Shown here: positions 48,657-57,809 of the stretch, in pieces | Layout of the letters: every line of letters begins with the position of its first letter | How positions within the stretch are numbered: the stretch's first letter is position 1 | Assembly: GCA_043821645.1 (NCBI GenBank) | Contig: JBDRCO010000113.1 | Coordinates: 64,001 to 128,000, forward strand | Direction: 5' to 3' | From: Pseudomonadota bacterium | Lineage (GTDB): Bacteria; Myxococcota; JACRCW01; JAFGSX01 | Length of the DNA stretch: 64,000 nt | The notes under the pieces: model-generated | Told to the model about the DNA's origin: nothing | Seen by the model: only the letters and a program-made list of their open reading frames with translations | Databases searched by the model: none | Made by a program: the position numbers and the translations under genes

Positions 48657-51600
48657 CTAGTCCTGCGCCAGATTGCTGTCGTAGCGGGCGGTGCGGTCGT
48701 ACATCTCGATGCGGCGCTTGTCGCTGTCGTAGGCGCCCTTCCACAGCGGGATGGTGGGATCGTCCCAGGTCTGGTCCGACATGTAGCGAGCGTTGTCGGC
48801 CAGGCTGACCTCGGTCCAGATGTGGTAGCCGCGGAAGTCGCCGCTCGAGGTATTGGCCGCGCCCGAGGCCAGGCGCGAGTCGATGCCGGCGCGCTGCAAC
48901 AGCAGGTGCTCGAAGATGCACTGGTGGCGGCACACGCCCTTGCCGATCTTGGCCAGCTCGCCCAGGGGGAATCGGTACTGCGTGTCCAGCTCGTGGTAGC
49001 GCTTGCTGGCGTCATCCGGGTTGTGGTCCTTGTCCGCCGGGTACTTGATCTTCTCGGTGGTGTAGGCCATCAGGTCCTTGATGCAGGCCTTCTGGCGCTT
49101 GGTCATCTCGGCGGTGCTCAGGGTGGCGCGGCTCTGCCCGGGCGGGAAGTGCTTGTCGATGAGGGGCTGCGCCTCGTCGAGGAACTTCTTGAGTTCGGCA
49201 TCGCTGTTGACGTTGATCGAGACGTCCGAGTAGGTCGAGCCGCTGGTCGAGAACTGGTGTGGGTTGTTGAGCCCGCGGATGCGGCTCAGGGGCACGGTCT
49301 CGGTCTTGTCGCTGCCGTCGGGCGCCCTGTAGGCGATGGTGTAGTTGCCCTTGGCGTCGAAGCCCTGGATGCTCGCCTCGACGATCTTGTACTTGGTGGA
49401 GAAAGGTTTGCCCTCGTCCTGCAGCTCGGTGGCGGCGCTGTCCAGCACGGACCAGTCGACGCTGTCGCCCACCGAATAGGTGGTCTGCAACGGATAGTTG
49501 CGCACGGTGTTGCGGGTGGGGATCTTGACGTCGAAGGCGCCGTCGTCGCGCACGCTGGCCGTGAACAGCTGCGGGTCCACGCCGCCCGTGTAGGGCTTGA
49601 CCACGCCGTCCGAGCCCTGGGTGAAGCGCCCCACCCGACGACCGCGATCGCTGAGTTCGAACACGAACTGCGAGTGCGCGCCGTCCATACCGGTGGCCAG
49701 AACCTGGATGTCCTTGCCCGGGAACTGCTGCTTGAGGGCGTGCACGGGGCCCTTGTTCTCGGCGGTTTGCTGGGCGATGACGTCGAGCAGCTCGACGCTC
49801 TGCTTGGCTCGGGCGCCCCAGCGATCGGCCATCCAGGGCTGTTTGAGAGCGTTCTTGTCGATGGATGCAGCCACCGAGGTGGCCACCTTGTCATTGAACT
49901 GGGCCAGGCCCACGGGCTCGCCGTTGAGCTTGCACAGGGGGACATCCTTGCCCTGCACCTTGAAGCTGGCGATGCGGCCGAGCTTGTTGAAGTCGAAGAA
50001 GGTCTCACCGGGCCAGTTGGCCTTGTAGCCGTCGACGATGCTCTTGAACTGGCCAAAGCCCTGGCCCTCGATCTTGCCGCCGTTGGCCGCGGCCACGGTC
50101 TTGATGGCCTCACCGAGGTTGCCCACGCTCATCTCGGAGCGCAGGTTGTTGCGCAGCAGGTCCTTGACCTCGCTGGCGGCCACGTCCGAAAGCTGCACGC
50201 CGTCCCAGGTCGGGGGCTGCCCCCCGAGCTCGCGCAGGCGCGGCGTGAGGTCCTGCTTGATGTCTTTGACCCGCTGCGCCAGGTCGTTCTTCACACCCAT
50301 GGCGTCGAGCATGCCGTCCTTGGTGTCGCCCCGGGTGTCGAAGGCCCGGTCCGCCACGCGCTTGAACTGCTCGAAGGCCGCCGGGGACAGCGGCTCGGTG
50401 GGCTTGGGCGCGTCGCCCCAGCCCCGATCCCGGGTCGAGAACAGGGTGCCGGCCTCACCCAGGGCGCGGCTCACATCCTTGACCGCATCGTCGTCCTTGA
50501 TCCCCGGCAGCAGGGTCTTGACGTAGTCGGCCTGGGTCCGGGACAGGGGCACGCCGTCGAAGCTCGGGCTCGCCGCGTCGAGCTGCGGGCTCAGGCGCTC
50601 GACGGTCCGGGCGTTGCTGATCGTGGCCAGCGCCTTGGGCGCGTCCGAGGCGAAGCTGCCATAGGCGAAAGAGGCCTGGGGATACTTCTCGATGTAGGTC
50701 TCGAGGGTCTTGTCCAGGTGGCCCAGCTCCTCGGCGTCCCAGGGCTTGCTGTAGTCGCTGTTCAGGTCCTTGAAGACCTTCATTCCCTCGTGCACATTGT
50801 CGATGGCCGCCTTGTCATTGGCATAGGTCAAGGCGCTGAGCTCGAACTGCGAGGCGCCACCTTTGACTGTCTGGTAGCCGGCGCGGCTGCGCTCGGAGCG
50901 CGCCTCGTCCCAGGCCGCAACCAGCTCATCCTTCTTCTCGGGCTTGGCCAGGGCCTCGAAGCGCTGCTTCTGGGCGTCGGTCTTGGTGGCGCCGTCCAGG
51001 GCCCGGTGCGCCAGGGACTGCGCCATGGGCGTGGGCAGGCTGGCGTACTGCTCCAGCAGTCTGTCGACCTGGGCTGAATTCAGGCTGCCCTTCATCCCGT
51101 CCAGGGCCCCGACGCTGGCACAGGTGGCCACGCTGCGCGCGTGCTTGCCCGCACCCTCCAGGGGCACCGGCGTGTTCTTGGCCACGCCGTCGAGCAGGGC
51201 GTCGCCAAGCTTGGTCTTCACCGCGGCGTCGAGTCCATCGAGCTGGCCGGGCTTGTTCAGGGCCATCAGCGCGTCGACGGCCTTGCGGTCCGGGGTGCCC
51301 GAGTCGAGGCTGACCTCCTGCCCGCCCAGGGTCGGCCTGCCGCTGAGGTCATCCACGCCCACGGTCTGGCCGCCGAAGCCCTTGGCCGGCAGGTCCACCG
51401 CCTCGCGCTGGCGGTTCTTCATCAGCAGGCCGAGGTAGTTGGTGGTGCCGTCCGGGCGCTTGAGCTCGTTGCGCTCGCTGGGTGTCATCACCGCGCGCTC
51501 GGCGTCGAGGTGGCCGAGCAGGCTCTCGATGCTGCGGCGGCGGGTGTCCGTGGACACGTCGAGGCCATCGCCCATGGCCTGGCGCAGGGTGCTCACGACC

Positions 51601-51734
51601 TCGCCGACCTCGGCGTCGGTGACACCGTCCTTGCGCACCTCGCGCACGATCTTGTCGGCTTCGCTCTGGCTCAGGACCTTGTTGCTCAGGGCCCTTTGCA
51701 GGGTCGAACGGAGCGCGTGCAGATCATTGGGCAT
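48657..51734 (-). CDS. Large protein with C-terminal transglutaminase-like Cys-His-Asp domain
   Basis: GKGVCRHQ, GYHIWTEV, MSDQTW; GGAGG RBS; strongly biased codons; no signal peptide. Confidence 0.8.
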   Translation of the reverse strand: MPNDLHALRSTLQRALSNKVLSQSEADKIVREVRKDGVTDAEVGEVVSTLRQAMGDGLDVSTDTRRRSIESLLGHLDAERAVMTPSERNELKRPDGTTNYLGLLMKNRQREAVDLPAKGFGGQTVGVDDLSGRPTLGGQEVSLDSGTPDRKAVDALMALNKPGQLDGLDAAVKTKLGDALLDGVAKNTPVPLEGAGKHARSVATCASVGALDGMKGSLNSAQVDRLLEQYASLPTPMAQSLAHRALDGATKTDAQKQRFEALAKPEKKDELVAAWDEARSERSRAGYQTVKGGASQFELSALTYANDKAAIDNVHEGMKVFKDLNSDYSKPWDAEELGHLDKTLETYIEKYPQASFAYGSFASDAPKALATISNARTVERLSPQLDAASPSFDGVPLSRTQADYVKTLLPGIKDDDAVKDVSRALGEAGTLFSTRDRGWGDAPKPTEPLSPAAFEQFKRVADRAFDTRGDTKDGMLDAMGVKNDLAQRVKDIKQDLTPRLRELGGQPPTWDGVQLSDVAASEVKDLLRNNLRSEMSVGNLGEAIKTVAAANGGKIEGQGFGQFKSIVDGYKANWPGETFFDFNKLGRIASFKVQGKDVPLCKLNGEPVGLAQFNDKVATSVAASIDKNALKQPWMADRWGARAKQSVELLDVIAQQTAENKGPVHALKQQFPGKDIQVLATGMDGAHSQFVFELSDRGRRVGRFTQGSDGVVKPYTGGVDPQLFTASVRDDGAFDVKIPTRNTVRNYPLQTTYSVGDSVDWSVLDSAATELQDEGKPFSTKYKIVEASIQGFDAKGNYTIAYRAPDGSDKTETVPLSRIRGLNNPHQFSTSGSTYSDVSINVNSDAELKKFLDEAQPLIDKHFPPGQSRATLSTAEMTKRQKACIKDLMAYTTEKIKYPADKDHNPDDASKRYHELDTQYRFPLGELAKIGKGVCRHQCIFEHLLLQRAGIDSRLASGAANTSSGDFRGYHIWTEVSLADNARYMSDQTWDDPTIPLWKGAYDSDKRRIEMYDRTARYDSNLAQD

Positions 51735-51940
51735 GACGATCCTCCAGGCGGGCGTGAGTCGGTTCGCCATATATACATGCATGGTCTCGAATTTGTCGCG
51801 CGACCGGGGCGGTGTGAACCAGACGTCTCGACCACCCCTTGGCGATCAACCCCGACAGCGCTGCAGACCTGGCCAACCAGGCAGCGCCGTGTGCAGGATG
51901 GGGCTCGGAGACTCACCCTGTCCTGCAGGAGGCGTTGCGC

Positions 51941-53101
51941 ATGCGCAGACCGGTATCCACTGTCGCCGTTGCTCTCCTTCTCCTCGTGGGGTGCCCAGGT
52001 CCCCAGATCGTTGACGCTGGCGCGGCCGATGGCGCGGCTGTTGACGCAGCGGGCCCGCAGGATGCCAGCACGGCCGATGCCTTCGCGCCGCCGGACGCAC
52101 ACGCCACCGACGCTGCAGCAGGGGATCATGCGGACGCCGCCCCGGCGGAGGACGGGGGTGTGACATTGCAGGTGCTCGCGAGCTACACCGACACCCAGCA
52201 TGCAGTGCTGAGCATCGGCGACGCCATCTATGCGGTGGACTCGGCAAACGATCAGGTGCGGGTGTTCGACGCCGTGAGCGGCGCCCCGCGCAGCTCGATC
52301 GCGGTGGGCAGGGTGCCGGGCAAGCTGGCCACCGACGGGACCCTTCTGTTCGTGGTCAACCGCATGGCGCGCGAGCTGGGGGAGCCCTACGTCTCCATCG
52401 TCGACCTGGCCACGGAGCAGGTGATCGACACCCTCGACGTGTCGGTCAAGACCGAGGGCAGCGATCCCGACAACTACCCGATGACGAACTTTCCGTGGGA
52501 TGCCTGCGTGGCCGACGGCGTCCTGTACGTGGACTTTCCGACCAATGCGATCCCCGACTTGAGGCCGGTGACCATCGCCTCGCGCACCGAGGCTGTGTCC
52601 TGGGCCGCGGGCAGTGGCCCGGGAGACCTGCGCGCAGCGGGTGGCAAGGTCTTCGTGGTCCAGGGACGCGCCATCAGCAACCCCGACGACGATGCCCTGG
52701 CCGTGTACGATCTGGCCGGCCAGCTGCTGACGACGCTGGAGACCGGCGGGCGCCTGCATGATCTGGTCGAGGCCGGGGGTAAAGTCTGGGTCGCACACGC
52801 GCCAGCCAGCGGCTCCGGCGACGAACTCGTGGTGGTCGACGTGGACACTCTGGCCCGACGCAGCGTGGCGGTGGGTGCCGGGCCCTATGGCCTGGCCACG
52901 CACCAGGGCCGGGTCTATGTGATGTGCCAGTACGCCGGCCGGGTCGATGTAGTCGATGCGACCAGCGAGCAGGTGGTCGAGCAGATTGCACTTGATGGTC
53001 TTTCGCCGCCCGTGGTCGATGCCCGGGGCATCGCCGTCACCTCGAGCGGTGACCTGGTTCTCGAGGCCGAGGGCATGATCGGACTGGTGCGACAGCCCTG
53101 A
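51941..53101 (+). CDS. YncE-like beta-propeller lipoprotein
   Basis: LVGC lipobox; IAVGRVPGKL, VAVGAGPYGLA, VDVVDATSEQVV. Confidence 0.8.
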   Translation: MRRPVSTVAVALLLLVGCPGPQIVDAGAADGAAVDAAGPQDASTADAFAPPDAHATDAAAGDHADAAPAEDGGVTLQVLASYTDTQHAVLSIGDAIYAVDSANDQVRVFDAVSGAPRSSIAVGRVPGKLATDGTLLFVVNRMARELGEPYVSIVDLATEQVIDTLDVSVKTEGSDPDNYPMTNFPWDACVADGVLYVDFPTNAIPDLRPVTIASRTEAVSWAAGSGPGDLRAAGGKVFVVQGRAISNPDDDALAVYDLAGQLLTTLETGGRLHDLVEAGGKVWVAHAPASGSGDELVVVDVDTLARRSVAVGAGPYGLATHQGRVYVMCQYAGRVDVVDATSEQVVEQIALDGLSPPVVDARGIAVTSSGDLVLEAEGMIGLVRQP

Positions 53102-53337
53102 ACCAATCTCGGGCTGCCTGTATCGAACCTCGCGGTCGACGCGCCTGCCCGGGCGGTCCCGATCGCAGAGCCTCGGCCATCAGAAATCCGAGCAGGAACT
53201 CCATGCGGAGTTTCAGATTTCAGCGGTATGAGCGGTTTCGAACAGGCCCGGCCAAACCTCACCCCCTCTCGTCAAGTGCTCGGTATTTTTGTGTTTTTCT
53301 TGCTTATTTTCGACTTGATGGCGAACCCGGGCTGCCC

Positions 53338-53353
53338 TGGTTCCGACCTTGCA
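53338..53353 (+). promoter_or_regulatory. Putative sigma54 (-24/-12) promoter
   Basis: TGGTTCCGACCTTGCA (GG-N10-GC), upstream T-rich tract and inverted repeat. Confidence 0.55.
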
Positions 53354-53408
53354 CACGGTGCCCTCGCCACCCGCGCTGGGCGGTTGGCCGGTCTTCATGG
53401 AGGGTGTC

Positions 53409-56400
53409 ATGCATCGTCTCATCCGGATCAGCGGCCTCGCCCTTGCCAGCTCGGCCCTGCTGCTCGCCTGCCACAACGAACCCATCACCTACGGCAAGGA
53501 AATCGTCGAGGTGCCGCGCTACATCGAGGGGCAGCGACCGCCGCAGCGAACGCTCGAGAGCCCACCCTCGGAGCGGGACATCTTTCCGCAGGAGGGCGCC
53601 ACGCACTTCCTGACCGCCAACAACAACGAGCTGCTGTCGGATCCCAGCATCGGCCGCGGCTACGGCGGCTACAACGGCGGCGATGCCCTGGGCGCCGGCG
53701 AGTCTGACAGCGGACTGTCCGGGACCCCCTCGGCCGAGCCGGGCCGAGCCTACGAGCCCGAGGCCGAGCCAGATCCCAGCCGCGCCATCGTCGAGGCAGA
53801 CATCTACAAGCTCGACGGCGACTACCTGTACGTGCTCAACGCCTACCGTGGGCTCGTCATCTTCGACCTGAGCAACCCCGACGCTCCGGTGGTGGCGGGT
53901 CGCCTGGCCCTGCAGGGCCAGCCCGTCGAGATGTACGTGCGCGACGGCCGCGTGTACTTCTTGCTCAGCGACTACTTCCAGTACTGGCAATACGACCCCG
54001 AGGCGGATCCGCTGGGATTCCATGGCAGCGAGGTGATGATCGCCGACGTCAGCGACGTGACAGCACCCCGCATGCTTGGCGGCATGAAGGTGGACGGTGA
54101 GATCACCGACAGCCGCATGGTGGGTGACGTGCTGTACGTGGTCAGCAAGCGCAATCCCGAGTACTGGCGCTACAACACGGCCAACTGGGAGGACCGCACC
54201 TGGGTGCTGTCGATCAACATCGCCGATCCACTCAATATCCACGAGATCGATCGCGTGACCTTTGATGGCGCCTCGACCTTGATCCACGTGGCCGCCCACG
54301 CGGTGTTCGTGGCCGCCCTGGACCCCAACTTCTATCTCTACGACTCCGAGAACGAGCAGCAGACCAAGGTCACCTACGTCGACATCTCGGACCCCCAGGG
54401 CGATCTGCGCGTGCGGGGCGACATCTACGTGCCCGGCATGATCGCCGACAAGTTCAAGATGGACTGGTCCGACCACAGCTTCAGGGTCTTCACCCAGCGC
54501 TGGTACGGCGGTCGCAAGACCGAGCTGCACGTCTATGACACCAACTTCCCCGACGCCATGGAGGAGATCGGCACCCTGAGCATCGACGAGGACCTGTATG
54601 GCAGCCTGCGCGCCACGCGCTTTGATGGCCCACGCGGATTTGCCGAGTACAGTGACCACCGCTACGAGTCCAACCGCTACGTGCCCATCGACAAGCTGCT
54701 CACCATCGAGCTCGACAATCCCTACCATCCCGTCCTGGCGGGCAATCTGCAGATCGATGGCTACATCTCGCACTTCGAGACCCGCGGCGATCGCCTCATC
54801 GCCCTGGGCCAGGAGTACCGCTACAGCTACAGCCAGGGCTCGCACTATTCGGCCCAGGTCAGCCTGTTCGATGTGAGCGACCTCAACGCCCCGCGCATGG
54901 ACAGCCAGGCCGAGCTGGGCTTTGGCAACTCCTGGTCCAGCGCCAACTACGACTACAAGGCCTTCAAGGTGGTCGACGAGCTGAACCTGATCCTGGCGCC
55001 GGTGAGCTACTACACCAACTCCGAGTCGCACTCGGGCACGCAGCTGGTCGACTGGTACGGCGACTCCCTCACGGCCCGCGGCTACGTGGACCACCCGGGC
55101 TGGCAGGTCCGGCGCGTGTTCCCGGCGCGCGGACGCATCGTCGCCATGAGCGAGCGCTCACTGCAGGTCATCGACGCCACCAACCGCGTCACGCCGCGGG
55201 TCAGCGCCTCCGTGCACCTGATCCACGCGGTCATGAACACCTTCAACGTGCAGGGCCGCCAGGTGCAGATCATCAACAACACCGACCGCCCGGGTTCGCG
55301 CGTCGACGTGCGCGTGTTTGGCCGCGACGACAACACGCCGCCCATCGCCACCCTGGACCTTCCCTTCCAGTCGGCCCCGGTGTGCTTCCGGGACGGCGAT
55401 CTGATCCGCATGGTGGGCTACATCACCTACGGCACGCAGACCATGACCACCCTCGACGTCACCGACCCGCTGCGGCCCCGCCTGCGCGGCGCGTTTGCGG
55501 TGCCCACCGACGTCAACCGCATCTACAACGAGGGCTACAGCTTCTACTACGTGTGGTGGAGCCCCAGCGCCGGCCTGCCGCTCAACAATCGCATGTTCCC
55601 GGTGACCCTGCGCACGGTGACCCAGGATGCGAGCGGCCGTCGCAATTTCCACAGCGAACTCAGGCTCATCGACCTCAGCGACGCCGACAACCCGCGCATG
55701 ACGACGGCCGGCATCAACATGGACGATTGGCCCTTCGTCAACAAGGTCACCCACGGCAACGTGCTGCACTCGACCCACGTCGAGGAGGCGACCACCGAGG
55801 ACGGCGACAGCCTGCTGTACCATGTGCGCTCCTACATGGATCGCATCGATGTCAGCGACGTGGACAACCCGCGGCTGCTGCCCTCGCTCAGCATTCCCGG
55901 GCTGCTGGTGGATGTGAGTGACGACGGAACCCTGGCCTACAGCATCGACTACCAGTGGGATGCCTACGGGCGCCGCCGCAACTCTCTCAACGTGCTCAAG
56001 ATCGAGGGCACCCAGGCGCGCCTGGTCACGGTGCTCCCCGTGGGCGACCGCATCAACCGCGCCCTGTTCCGGAACCGCACTCTGTGGGTGACCACCCACA
56101 AGTATCCCTGGTGGGGTGTGCACGAGGACACTGTCACCTCGCGCCAGCCCTACACCCTGCTCAACCGCGTGGACTTCGATGCCGATGGCCACCTGGCGCA
56201 GATGACGGCTGCGGACCTGCTGGGCTACCACTTCGACCTGCTCGACGTCGAGGAGCCCACCGTGTTCCTGGCCTCGGGATATCCTTACGGCATCCTGGTG
56301 CTCGACGCCACGGACCCCTCGGACCCGATCGTGGTGACCAGCGCGCGCACCGTCGGCTATGTGAGCAAGGTCGAGTTCGCGGGCGACCACATCTACATGC

Positions 56401-56459
56401 CCCTGGGCTGGTTCGGCGTGCACCGCACCCCGCGCTTCGCCGATATGATCGATCAGTAA
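53409..56459 (+). CDS. Beta-propeller domain lipoprotein (Beta_propel-like)
   Basis: LLAC lipobox, IVEADIYKLDGDYLYVLN, QVSLFDVSD, ANYDYKAF; GGAGG RBS. Confidence 0.85.
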   Translation: MHRLIRISGLALASSALLLACHNEPITYGKEIVEVPRYIEGQRPPQRTLESPPSERDIFPQEGATHFLTANNNELLSDPSIGRGYGGYNGGDALGAGESDSGLSGTPSAEPGRAYEPEAEPDPSRAIVEADIYKLDGDYLYVLNAYRGLVIFDLSNPDAPVVAGRLALQGQPVEMYVRDGRVYFLLSDYFQYWQYDPEADPLGFHGSEVMIADVSDVTAPRMLGGMKVDGEITDSRMVGDVLYVVSKRNPEYWRYNTANWEDRTWVLSINIADPLNIHEIDRVTFDGASTLIHVAAHAVFVAALDPNFYLYDSENEQQTKVTYVDISDPQGDLRVRGDIYVPGMIADKFKMDWSDHSFRVFTQRWYGGRKTELHVYDTNFPDAMEEIGTLSIDEDLYGSLRATRFDGPRGFAEYSDHRYESNRYVPIDKLLTIELDNPYHPVLAGNLQIDGYISHFETRGDRLIALGQEYRYSYSQGSHYSAQVSLFDVSDLNAPRMDSQAELGFGNSWSSANYDYKAFKVVDELNLILAPVSYYTNSESHSGTQLVDWYGDSLTARGYVDHPGWQVRRVFPARGRIVAMSERSLQVIDATNRVTPRVSASVHLIHAVMNTFNVQGRQVQIINNTDRPGSRVDVRVFGRDDNTPPIATLDLPFQSAPVCFRDGDLIRMVGYITYGTQTMTTLDVTDPLRPRLRGAFAVPTDVNRIYNEGYSFYYVWWSPSAGLPLNNRMFPVTLRTVTQDASGRRNFHSELRLIDLSDADNPRMTTAGINMDDWPFVNKVTHGNVLHSTHVEEATTEDGDSLLYHVRSYMDRIDVSDVDNPRLLPSLSIPGLLVDVSDDGTLAYSIDYQWDAYGRRRNSLNVLKIEGTQARLVTVLPVGDRINRALFRNRTLWVTTHKYPWWGVHEDTVTSRQPYTLLNRVDFDADGHLAQMTAADLLGYHFDLLDVEEPTVFLASGYPYGILVLDATDPSDPIVVTSARTVGYVSKVEFAGDHIYMPLGWFGVHRTPRFADMIDQ

Positions 56460-56639
56460 GCCAGCGAGGACCTCGCGACTTCGCCACCCTGCCCCGACGC
56501 CATCTGCACACAACCGGCGCGCTGACGATCTCTTCCCGTTCTTCTCCCACTCCCCTGGACGGCTTGCTCGCCCAAGCCGGGACCCCTGATACAGTGTCGA
56601 GGGACCCTGTGGCCTGCGCCAGGTGTTCTGAGAGGCAGG

Positions 56640-57809
56640 ATGAGCGACGACCTCAAACCCTCGACGCGGGTTCGCCGGCTCGGCACCACGCGCATCGAGT
56701 CCATGCTCGGACAGGGAGGCATGGCCGAGGTGCTGCGCGGCATACAGGAAACCCTCGAGCGTCCTGTCGCGGTCAAGATCCTCAAACCCGAGGCCCTGAG
56801 CCAGCCCGACGCCCTCGAGCGCTTCCGGCGCGAAGCCCTGGCCCTGGCGCGGCTGCAGCACCAGAACATCGTGGCGGTCTATGACCTGGTGGAGAAAAGC
56901 GATCGTCTGTACCTGCTGATGGAGCTGGTGGACGGTGTCGACGTCGAGGTGCTGGTGCAGCAGGCCCCGCTACCGCTTGACCTGGTCCTGCTCATCGGCT
57001 CCGAGGTGGCTGCAGCTCTGGAGCATGCGCACCAGCACAAGGTCATCCACCGCGACGTCAAGCCGGCCAACGTCATGCTGTCGCGCACCGGTCAGGTCAA
57101 GCTGACGGACTTCGGCATCGCCAAGGACTTGACCCAGGATGACCTCACCCGCCAGGGGTTCATCGTGGGCACTCCGTCCTACCTGGCGCCGGAGCAGGTG
57201 CTGTGCAAAGGCGCCGACGCGCGCACCGACCTGTATGCCCTGGGTGCACTGCTTTACCGTTGCCTCAGCGGACAGCGGCCCTACCAGGCCAGCACCGAGG
57301 CCGAGCTGCTCATCGCCATCGTCCAGGGTCAGCGGCGGCCCCTGCGGCAGGTGCTGCCAGGTACGCCGCGGGTGATCGACAAGCTCATCACGCGCTGCAT
57401 GCACGTGGACCCGCGCCGGCGCTACCAGCACGCGTCGGAGCTGAGACGCGATCTGGATCGCCTGCTTGCCGCCGTGCTCGAGGGCAGTCGCGCCGGACGT
57501 GTGATCGAGGTGCTGCGCCAGCGTGGACACCTGGAGGACATTGACGCCACCGTGCTCGAGCTCAAGGAGATCGTCGTCACGCACGCGATCGAGAAGCCCG
57601 AGCAGGCCCTGCAGGCGGCCGCTGCCCAGCTGACGCCGCCCTCGTTCGCGGACCGTCTCTGGTCGCGACTCGGCACAATCCTGGTGCTCGTCGCCGTGCT
57701 GCTCGGTCTGGCGGTGCTGGCCCTGCTGCTGGCGCCTGGCCAGGTGCAAGCGTGGTTGCAGCACGCCCAGCATGCACTCGAGGCCTGGCAGGCTGGAGCT
57801 CCGCCATGA
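56640..57809 (+). CDS. Ser/Thr protein kinase with C-terminal TM
   Basis: GQGGMAEV, VAVKIL, HRDVKPAN, DFGIA, GTPSYLAPEQ. Confidence 0.95.
   Translation: MSDDLKPSTRVRRLGTTRIESMLGQGGMAEVLRGIQETLERPVAVKILKPEALSQPDALERFRREALALARLQHQNIVAVYDLVEKSDRLYLLMELVDGVDVEVLVQQAPLPLDLVLLIGSEVAAALEHAHQHKVIHRDVKPANVMLSRTGQVKLTDFGIAKDLTQDDLTRQGFIVGTPSYLAPEQVLCKGADARTDLYALGALLYRCLSGQRPYQASTEAELLIAIVQGQRRPLRQVLPGTPRVIDKLITRCMHVDPRRRYQHASELRRDLDRLLAAVLEGSRAGRVIEVLRQRGHLEDIDATVLELKEIVVTHAIEKPEQALQAAAAQLTPPSFADRLWSRLGTILVLVAVLLGLAVLALLLAPGQVQAWLQHAQHALEAWQAGAPP

Noticed and set aside
48822-51077. Long antisense ORFs (also 39038-41290, 970-2586, 53304-55094, 29473-31248)
   Set aside because: Stop-poor shadow frames typical of high-GC genes, with no recognisable motifs
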